A DNA stretch of 64,000 bases, taken from assembly GCA_963754015.1 (NCBI GenBank), contig CAVWEG010000004.1, positions 262,455-326,454 on the forward strand, read 5' to 3'. This DNA comes from Candidatus Dormiibacterota bacterium (GTDB lineage Bacteria > Chloroflexota > Dormibacteria > Aeolococcales > Aeolococcaceae). Positions 56,688-64,000 of this stretch are shown piece after piece. The translations under genes were made by a program, and so were the position numbers. Numbering within the stretch: the stretch's first letter is position 1; the number at the start of each line of letters is the position of its first letter. Under the pieces are notes generated by a model, which had not been told where the DNA came from, ran no database searches, and was given only the letters and a program-made list of their open reading frames with translations.

Positions 56688-57317
56688 ATGCGACTTCGCA
56701 GGGATATTGTCGCGGGCGCAGCCGCGCTAGCGATCGTCGGAGCGGGTCTAGGCGTCCGGCCGACCTCGGCTAAAGCGTCTACGTCATGCGGCGCTTCGTC
56801 GACACTGCTCGGCGACTACGCGCAGTACTTCACCTTCAATGGCTTCACAAACGGCGCGTTGTACCAGATCGAGTTGCGAGGCACCTGGAGCAAGAAGAAT
56901 AAGGCTAACGATTGCATCTGGGGACGCGTAACCTACACGGCACAGGCGAGCTTGTTTTTCGACGTTGACGGTACCGCCTACCCCGCCGCAGGGCTCAGTG
57001 GAACCATTTGGTACTCGCCGAGCTTCGGTGTGTGGGATGCCGACCCTTACTCGGTAGAGAGCTTGAGCCAATCGTGGTACGGCGTCAGTAATAACTCGTC
57101 CGAGCCCGGTCCAGAGGATCCCAGCGTCCTACAGGTTCAGGGCCAGATGATAGCTGGCCCTCCGTCGTGGTCCGGCGATTGCATCGTTATGAATCCTGAA
57201 GGAAACGTCGGTCCGCCATACACTCAGGACTCTTATTTTGCCGACGCAAGCGGCAACACGTACACGGCTGGCTCCAACGTGCCAGGGAACAACACAACTC
57301 TTATCTGCCCGAGCTGA
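56688..57317 (+). CDS. Secreted cysteine-containing protein
   Basis: GGAGGAG upstream; signal peptide MRLRRDIVAGAAALAIVGAGLGVRPTSAKA/S, then TSC; further Cys at NDCIWG, GDCIVM and LICPS. Confidence 0.75.
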   Translation: MRLRRDIVAGAAALAIVGAGLGVRPTSAKASTSCGASSTLLGDYAQYFTFNGFTNGALYQIELRGTWSKKNKANDCIWGRVTYTAQASLFFDVDGTAYPAAGLSGTIWYSPSFGVWDADPYSVESLSQSWYGVSNNSSEPGPEDPSVLQVQGQMIAGPPSWSGDCIVMNPEGNVGPPYTQDSYFADASGNTYTAGSNVPGNNTTLICPS

Positions 57318-57973
57318 CGCCCCGTCAGTTCGGCTTGTACACCGTATTGAGGGCCGCCTACGCGGAGGTCGCGGCGCGGCCCTTAGGAGGTCTATATCCG
57401 TACTGACCCTCGCCTCTCCCGAGCGGCAGCAGACACGAGTTACACCTCAGCGCAAGACGTGCGGCTATACCAAGCGCGAGCTGCACGTCTTCGGGATGGA
57501 AGGTTGTGTCTCAAGTCAGTGCGAGTTGAACGAGGCGTCCGCGAGACATGGCGCTTGTGACGCGCAGTCGAGGTGCAGCGACCTGCGACGGCGGGCGATC
57601 GTTGGGCCACTGGTTACCGGCCCGAGGCAGCGCACGCGCTAGAGAGCGAGCTGATCTGGAAGCGCCTTTCTCGCGGTTGCGTGAGGACCAGTCAGCGGCG
57701 CGTATCGTTCGCCGCCGAACGCCAGATAGCGCGTGACCGGCCGGCGTACGTAGCCGTGCCGCTCCGCTGAATTGGTGTTCTCGACGTGAGGACTCGGCGA
57801 CGTCTTGTGGACTCGCGTTCACCACGTGGCGATTTGACAGCGAGAGGCTTACAGCATCGATTCGCCAGCGCGTGGCACCTTGCGCCGCACTCCCGCTACG
57901 ACAGAGAAGCTTGCAGCTAGTGCGGTCTGCGAAGTCATCGGTGCAGGTGGTCTAAGTCTCTGACTCAAGCGAT

Positions 57974-57989
57974 GTCGATTGTTGACAGT
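57974..57989. promoter_or_regulatory. 16-bp palindromic motif, site 6 (GTCGATTGTTGACAGT; equals the consensus)
   Basis: Lies in a gene-poor stretch just left of the IS1595 remnant; no obvious intact downstream gene. Confidence 0.45.
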
Positions 57990-58249
57990 GATGCGCGCTC
58001 ACTGCAAACTGGATTGGATCCTTGATATGACCACTTACGCAGACAATCGGCGAGTAGCTTGGTTCGGCGCTGTATCGTTCACGTATGGTGCTGAGCTCGC
58101 TTGACTCTCGCTTGCTCACTGCGCATGATCGTCACGCGCGCGGGTCCTGCACAACCACAGTGCTGTCCGCTTGGCCGACACGTCGTCGACGATCCGCGCT
58201 CACGCAACTTCCCGGCCGATGGTGCGCCCGCCATCGTCAGCGTCGATCA

Positions 58250-58690
58250 TGTGGCGACCGGACTCCCGCTCAACCAGGGGGCTCGACGCTGTGATGGATG
58301 CCGGAGATCACGCGCTGAACAGGCTCCAAAAGTTCTCGATGCCATGGGTATGGACGCGGCCACGCACATGCGCCTCGGAGTGGTCGATGACCTCATGGGT
58401 GTAGTCCTGCTCAAGGCCACGATATGACGCGAACGCGTCTGTGTAGACGATAGAGCCAGGAGCAACGTTGGTCCCAACCTCGGAGCGAAGCACATGGCCG
58501 GTACGCGTCGGAACCATCTTGGCGCGGACTTCGCCGTCGCGCACTCGTGGCTCGAGCCACGATCTTGCCCGAAGGCCGGATTCCTCACCAGCTCGCACTA
58601 TCAGAAGGGTTGCGGCGGGCTCGACCGCTGACGCTCTCCAAACCAGTTCTAAAGGGACTCTAGATCGCCGGAGGGTGATCACTGTGTGAG
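58250..58690 (-). mobile_element. IS1595-family (ISXO2-like DDE) transposase remnant, truncated and frameshifted
   Basis: IVYTDAFASYRGLEQDYTHEVIDHSEAHVRGRVHTHGIENFWSLFSA, then a stop. The family pattern continues after a frame change (VISGIHHSVEP). No intact N-terminus or terminal inverted repeats identified. Confidence 0.6.
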
Positions 58691-59080
58691 AGGTGGCTGG
58701 CAGCGACGTGGATCATCTTGCTTCCCGCTCCGCGTAGCGCGAAACGAGAAGTCAAGTCTCAGATTTGGTGTTTACTGTCGAAGGCGTCTGCGCCGACGAC
58801 CGTACATGCGCCGTCCGTCGCTAGTACCTGTTCACACGCGATTGAGCAAGCAAGATGCGGACGGCACACGTCCACGCCTCGGCACTGCTCGCGGTGGGTG
58901 GACTGGATGCCTTCGCCGGGGCGAAGCCGGATTTGACTGCGGCAATTAGCGCAGTTCATCGCAGACCAACATTAGCTCAGGTCCCTCGCACCTGGGGTCG
59001 CCGCGCCTAAGTTGGAGTAAGTCGGACGCCGGCGTGAATCGCTGCCCATCGCTATCGTGCTCGGTCGCCTACCATGAACG

Positions 59081-59350
59081 CTAGCTTTCGTCAAGTTGGT
59101 CCTCGACCGGCTTACCCGATATTCCCTGTCTCACAAAGCCGGTTCGTCGATTGATGATAATAGGCTCTCCTCCCGCGAGGGTATCGCGTATGTTGCCGCT
59201 CGCAATGAATTCGCTGGTGTTATAGCCCACTACCCAGCAATGTGCATTGCCAGTGACAGTCGTAATCGCGAGGGCATCGGGGACCTTGACTTGGATTGCG
59301 TTCTGGAGAAATTCCTCCGCCAGCAGTCTTGCCTGCTCCTCAGTAACCAT
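59081..59350 (-). CDS. Orphan immunity protein, YrhB/Imm35-like
   Basis: MVTEEQARLLAEEFLQN...NAHCWVVGYNTSEFIASGNIRDTLAGGEPIIINRRTGFV matches the remembered YrhB-type immunity pattern (gWvF-y-s..yl.tgd....l-G-gPiiVdk-tG). The ATG overlaps the TGA of a short upstream toxin-tail ORF. Confidence 0.7.
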   Translation of the reverse strand: MVTEEQARLLAEEFLQNAIQVKVPDALAITTVTGNAHCWVVGYNTSEFIASGNIRDTLAGGEPIIINRRTGFVRQGISGKPVEDQLDES

Positions 59351-59445
59351 CAGCCTCCCCCAGTCGTCATAAGAAGAAAGAACTTCACGTACCCAGCGAA
59401 CGATGCCCCGGTCCCCGTCTGAAAGTCGATAAAGTTAACAGCGCC

Positions 59446-59568
59446 TCCGACGACGCCACGGGGTGGACGTAAGTCTCGCCAGTCACCATCCTGACGGCGC
59501 GACAACGTGGTCACGCCCCATCACCGCCATGGGAACGCATCCCTCGGTTTCGGCCGAGCGAGCGCAGC
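59446..59568 (-). repeat. Second copy of the LamG-gene leader/5' end, start codon mutated to CTG
   Basis: 122/123 identical to 42588..42710. 59482 is G where 42624 is T, turning ATG into CTG. Reads LARLTSTPWRRR, then diverges to a stop. Confidence 0.9.
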
Positions 59569-59724
59569 CCTTTGGCGACCGGGCACCCGGATGACGTGCC
59601 CGTCTGCCGGTTCACGAGAGAACCACCGAATTGACCCGCACACGCAATCCACGCTGCCCTGCGAGGAACTGCCGAACACGGAGTAACAAGGCTACCCCAA
59701 GCAGCCGCTGACTAAGGAGCAAGG

Positions 59725-60308
59725 TTGAACATTCGCCGCAAGATCGGCGTGGGGACAATTACGTTCGTCGCAACTCTGGTCGCGTTCGGGGCATCGTCCC
59801 GACTCGCGCGTCCGGGCAATCGTTCTCGGTCGCCGCGACCACCACCGCCACGACCAGCTCAGCCACGGACATGCTGAACGTGCCGCTCAGTTCAACGCTG
59901 CCGGCTGGGGACTTGCTACTCGCCACGGTATCGATCACAGGTCCGGCCGATGGAGACGACTGGGACCCCGGGATCACCTTCTTCAGCAACACTACCTGCA
60001 CGCTGCCCTTTCTGGGGTCCAGCGCCTACACCTCCTATGACGTCATTTCGTACAACGACGGCAGCAGGACCACCGCTACCATGGTGGCTGTCGAGTTCAA
60101 CGTTGCGGTGAAGTGCATGATGGTCAACGTGGCCGGTGGCAACGCCTCATACGCTGTGAGCGTTGACGACGTTCATCCATCCAGTGCCGGGACATTCGGA
60201 CTTCTCGAAGACAACGCACCCACCCATGCCAATACCACAGGTGAGAACATCGCCGCGACCGCCTTTGATGGCCCCTACACCGGGGTTCGCCTGGACGTTG
60301 CGAGCTAG
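59725..60308 (+). pseudogene. Secreted protein gene with the signal peptide and mature part in different frames
   Basis: AAGGAG upstream of TTG 59725 gives MNIRRKIGVGTITFVATLVAFGAS (signal peptide), then runs to a stop at 59874. The mature-looking part (QSFSVAATTTATTSSATDMLNVPLSSTLPAGDLLLATVSITG...) is in the frame of ORF 59871..60308. Confidence 0.45.
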
Positions 60309-60821
60309 TTGTCGAGGGTGATGCGGCACCAAGCGTCAGCGACGGCACCGACACCCCCGCGTGGACCATCGGCGCGAATGCCCAGGGAACCGTGACCGGG
60401 TCCTACACCAACGCGCAGACCAACGTGGTGACTATCGCGGCCAGTGGGCGTCGCAACCCCTGACCGAATCCCAAACGAAGTCCGAGCAGGTGCTTGACTC
60501 TGCTTGGGTTTTTGAGTGCAGCTGAACTAGATCCCCAACTTCTTGGGGGCAAGGCCCGGTGGAGCAGTCTGCCGGGCCTTTCGCATGCCTGCATGATGGC
60601 CGATCTGTCTGCTTACCGTAGCCGCCGCTACGCCGAACACACCACAAGCGCAGCGCCGCCCGCTACGTTGAATCAGCCCGCCCCTCAATCATCCGCCGCT
60701 TCGTGCCTTGCTCGATGATCGCGCCGAACGCGGCTGTCTGGATCACGCTGGCAACGACCAGGTCGATGGCGATCGGGCCAAGCGTCAGCACGCCACCCTC
60801 GCCACGTCAGAGCATATCGTC

Positions 60822-61820
60822 TCATCCGTTACGAGCCAATCGACGGACTCGCCGTAAGTTCGCACGCAGGCGTGCGAGCGCTTCGCGCTTAAATAAAAGT
60901 GCTCGTTTCTCAAGCGGACTCACAACCATGCCGACGAGCGCGACGCCCGTGGAAGTCGCGTTCCCAGCGCCAACTGCTTCAGTATCGCGAACGAGGCTAA
61001 CGGATCGCAGTTGCCTGGCGCGTAGCAAATCACGATCGACCGACGCATCGAGGAGGCGGAGACCAACGGTGAATTCGTGCGATCCGATCTCCGTCGGAAA
61101 GAATGAGGCCACCTCGAAGTCGATGAGATCAAGACGGGCGAGCTTCGCAAAGAGGGCCAAGAACGAATCGGGGGTGAACACGTGACAGTGAACATCCACG
61201 AACTCGTTCTTCTCTTTCATGCGTCGACAGGCTTCGAGCGCGGCGACGTCAGCATCGTCGACATGTGCCGGAATGGTGGCGCTGTAGTCGGCCACGCCGA
61301 CCCACAAAGAGTCCGCGTCAACCATGCCGGCTATCGCCTTGGAGTAGAAGTCGTAGGCTTGTCGGTAGCTCGGTTGGCGCAGGTTTCGGAGGTAAGCGTC
61401 CACGACGTCACTGACGTGGGTGATCTCGCGATTGATATCGAACGAGTACCGTTTATCGGGAATCACGAGGGAGAAGATGCCACCGGGTGGCAACACAGCA
61501 GCCACCTCAGCTATCCATCCCACCGGATCTGGAATGTGCTCGATCACGTGTGAGGCGATGACGTAATCGAACGGCGCATCAGCTCCGACCGCGTCGGCGA
61601 TTGTCTTGTTATCACCAACGACGTAATCGACGTCTACTATCCTTTTGAGTCGGTTCTGCATCCCTGGATTCGTCGCATACTTCTGCTTGAGCGCTTCGCT
61701 GCTGGCATGATCGAGGTAACGGATCGGCCCTTCGTCCTTGGTAACGCGCGGCGTCGCTAACGGCCCGATCTCTAGACCACGCATGACGGCCACGTCGATG
61801 TTCATTAGTTCAGGACGCAT
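60822..61820 (-). CDS. Class I SAM-dependent methyltransferase
   Basis: FDYVIASHVIEHIPDPVGWIAEVAAVLPPGGIFSLVIPD is the typical post-motif-I/II region of Methyltransf_11/23-type enzymes. Confidence 0.8.
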   Translation of the reverse strand: MRPELMNIDVAVMRGLEIGPLATPRVTKDEGPIRYLDHASSEALKQKYATNPGMQNRLKRIVDVDYVVGDNKTIADAVGADAPFDYVIASHVIEHIPDPVGWIAEVAAVLPPGGIFSLVIPDKRYSFDINREITHVSDVVDAYLRNLRQPSYRQAYDFYSKAIAGMVDADSLWVGVADYSATIPAHVDDADVAALEACRRMKEKNEFVDVHCHVFTPDSFLALFAKLARLDLIDFEVASFFPTEIGSHEFTVGLRLLDASVDRDLLRARQLRSVSLVRDTEAVGAGNATSTGVALVGMVVSPLEKRALLFKREALARLRANLRRVRRLARNG

Positions 61821-62232
61821 GATCGCCTCGAAGGGATGCGGTCGGTTGGTGCAGCGCCAGTCGGCGCTAATCCCAGCAGCGGCCGCGGTGTTGGCCGCGC
61901 AGCTGGATTAAGCGCTTTGGCGCTGCCCTCGAATCGTTTCAGCCTGGGCACTTGAACCTGAATTGTATGCGGGCTCCGAATGAGGAGCGATATGCTACCG
62001 GCTCTTCATATCGCAAGGGGAACGCAGGCGGGCCGGCGTCGTCATTGGGGGATCTGGACACGCAACCGGGTTGGTGGCCCGTTGGAGAATTCAGCGGCTA
62101 CCGCGTCTTCGCACGATTGTGCTTGCTTCGACGCAACTCAAGATCGGCACCTCAAGACGCGGAGTGCTCAACACGATCGACACGGCGCGAACCCTTGGAC
62201 GCAGTCGGGTGCAACTCTCAGGTGACAGTGGG

Positions 62233-62685
62233 TCAGTGAGGAGGCGTGAGGGTGAGCGACCAAGGGCAACCGATCGCCCCGACCGTTCCACGCTCTGGTA
62301 CAGGGAGCGACCACGTGGCTGCGCCCGGTGGCATATAACCGGAAATCCCTCTCCATCGCCCAGCCGTCAAATACACCGACCCGTCGTCGTGACCTGTGGA
62401 GCCCTCCGGTTCGCTAACCGCGCCACGCGGACTGACGAGGCGAAACGTGGCGAAAGGAACACAGGGTTCCAACGGGAATCCAGAGACCCGCACCTGCGGA
62501 TACGTCAGGGTGAAACGGTAGGTTCCGGTCTCCGCGATTGGAATGACGGCCTGGACGGCCCCGGTCCAGGACGGCTCCGTCCCGGCTCGGCTTGTGATCG
62601 ATGTCGCGACTCGCGGGTTTGACGCACATCCGGCGAGCAGCCCGCACAACGCCAAACTCGCCAAGAGAGTTGATCGGCTACGCAT
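62233..62685 (-). CDS. Lipoprotein
   Basis: MRSRSTLLASLALCGLLAGC-AS contains a canonical lipobox (LLAGC). The internal ATG 62685 is preferred over the ORF-track start. Confidence 0.7.
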   Translation of the reverse strand: MRSRSTLLASLALCGLLAGCASNPRVATSITSRAGTEPSWTGAVQAVIPIAETGTYRFTLTYPQVRVSGFPLEPCVPFATFRLVSPRGAVSEPEGSTGHDDGSVYLTAGRWRGISGYMPPGAATWSLPVPERGTVGAIGCPWSLTLTPPH

Positions 62686-63165
62686 CTCACAAGGCTTACG
62701 CGCCGGATGGTCATAAAGTTCCCCGGCCTCGCGAAGGCTCAAGGTGATCGATCGTCCTGCCAGCCGGTTCCTGTGCCCTCGTTGGCCTACTCGGTCCCTC
62801 GGCACAAAATAACAGCGGAACGCCGACAGAAAGCACCATGGCGGCAGCGAAATTGTTCAGCGTCGACGGAGCGGGCGCGCGCCGACGTGGGATGACCGTC
62901 CTAAGACGAGTTGGGGGACGGCCAGGGTTGGGCGTCCGTTCGCGCGACCTGGGCACCCTGCGCGCTCGGGCTTAATGACTGCCGCCCGCAGCACGCGTAC
63001 AGCGGCCTTGCAGACTCCGAGTACGACGACGACGCCTTAGTGGCCGGAGCCGTCGTTGATGCGCGTCGTGTGCCGCTGTAAGGAGCCCATCCTGAGTGGC
63101 AGAGAAGCGATCAACCGACGAGCTCCGCGCTTCTTGGAGACTTTGCTGCTATCGCAATGACGGAA

Positions 63166-63181
63166 AGCGTTAACAATCGAC
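63166..63181. promoter_or_regulatory. 16-bp palindromic motif, site 7 (reverse complement GTCGATTGTTAACGCT)
   Basis: 13/16 match; 111 bp upstream of secreted-protein gene starting at 63292. Confidence 0.4.
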
Positions 63182-63291
63182 TTCCGACAATGAGCCACAA
63201 ATTCCCTATTGCCAGCAACGCTTCTTGGGTGTATCGTCGCGGAACGGTGTGCCGCAGCGCATACATGCATTGCACGTGAGTAGGTGAACCG

Positions 63292-64000
63292 ATGGCGAGA
63301 CGGCGACGGCTGATCCGACATTGTGCGATGGCCGCCTTACTTGGTAGCGCTACGTTCGGACTCGCCTCGGTTGCCGCGCAAGCGTCCACGTGCAGCGGCA
63401 GCCTTGTATATTCGTATACGGGCTTCGTTACCACCTCATTCGCCTATCGAGGTATGGAGGCGTTGGTCAGTGATGCCGCAGTCAATCTGGAGGCTGCGGG
63501 AATCCATATTCTCGAGTATGTCGATTCTCTGGACAAGCCAACAACCGGCTTGTGTAACGGCCAGACCTACTGTTGGGCGCAAAACGGCTGGGGCTTCGGA
63601 ACCGTGAATACCTCCCACTCCGGTGCAGACCAGCGTCCGTACTTCGAGCGCAACGACCCATATGGCTACTATCCGTACTTCGATACCTCGGTCGGCGTCC
63701 ACTGCTGTGGGAGCACCGCCACCAACGACATCAGTAACAACTGGGATGGGATGTACGACGTGAATGGCTACGGCCAGTACACGAGTTACTTCAACAACAC
63801 AGTAGGCAGTGGCACCGTGTTACTCGGTTATTCGTACCAGCCGCCGCCTATTACCAGTCTTCGCGAGGACATGACCGGTGAAGAGGAAAACAACTCCGGG
63901 ACCTGTGCCTATGTCGGAAACATGTATTTTGCCGCAGCCCAGCTACGTCCCGGCACGAGTTGGTCGCCCTGGACGAGCAATGGCTATGAGAACGAGTTGA
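63292..64000 (+). CDS. Secreted cysteine-containing protein, partial (runs off the window end)
   Basis: Absent from the ORF track because it has no stop. AGGTG 7 nt upstream of ATG 63292. MARRRRLIRHCAMAALLGSATFGLASVAAQA/S, then TCSGS; the open frame continues to 64000 with several Cys (GLCNGQTYCW, VHCCGS, GTCAY). Confidence 0.7.
   Translation, partial: MARRRRLIRHCAMAALLGSATFGLASVAAQASTCSGSLVYSYTGFVTTSFAYRGMEALVSDAAVNLEAAGIHILEYVDSLDKPTTGLCNGQTYCWAQNGWGFGTVNTSHSGADQRPYFERNDPYGYYPYFDTSVGVHCCGSTATNDISNNWDGMYDVNGYGQYTSYFNNTVGSGTVLLGYSYQPPPITSLREDMTGEEENNSGTCAYVGNMYFAAAQLRPGTSWSPWTSNGYENEL

Overview
GC-rich accessory DNA with Gram-positive-style Sec signal peptides; all calls rest on reading the ORF translations and DNA by eye, with no searches run. 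Main contents:
(1) 1-3.7 kb: an array of ~535-bp mini-cassettes, each bounded by a conserved ~31-bp repeat. Several cassette genes look immunity-like or frameshifted.
(2) 4.8-8.7 kb: an excisionase-like HTH gene, a metallophosphoesterase operon, an XRE regulator and a truncated tRNA-Ser-like element. This may be an island edge.
(3) Scattered across the window: at least 8 small secreted cysteine-containing proteins. Three form a clear paralog family, and five have a recurring 16-bp palindromic motif (GTCGATTGTTGACAGT) upstream.
(4) 14.3-30 kb: a defence/TA-like island. It holds four ImmA/IrrE-type HEXXH peptidases (one fused to XRE, one frameshifted), a DUF3644-like protein, a SAMHD1-like HD phosphohydrolase, a Fic protein and an E1/ThiF-like remnant. 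Its most unusual part is a convergent four-gene cassette: a radical SAM enzyme plus a degenerate exonuclease-like paralog, facing an exonuclease-like protein plus a NadR-type P-loop NTPase. This is my best candidate for an undescribed system.
(5) 32.2-42.6 kb: a polymorphic-toxin operon. A 1473-aa protein with 4 LamG and 3 FN3 modules is followed by a 1930-aa Rhs/YD protein (Hint domain, DUF4258-like C-terminal toxin) and a DUF2283-like immunity gene. The two giant proteins share a ~210-aa N-terminal domain at about 80% identity.
(6) 59.1-59.6 kb: a 123-bp copy of that operon's promoter and 5' end, with ATG changed to CTG, fused to a toxin tail and an orphan YrhB/Imm35-like immunity gene. An IS1595 transposase remnant lies next to it.
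(7) Ordinary genes: GMC oxidoreductase, hexapeptide acyltransferase, SAM methyltransferase, LuxR regulator and lipoproteins.
Many small genes look frameshifted while the giant ORFs are intact. Numerous long antisense ORFs in the track are GC-driven shadows and are not called.
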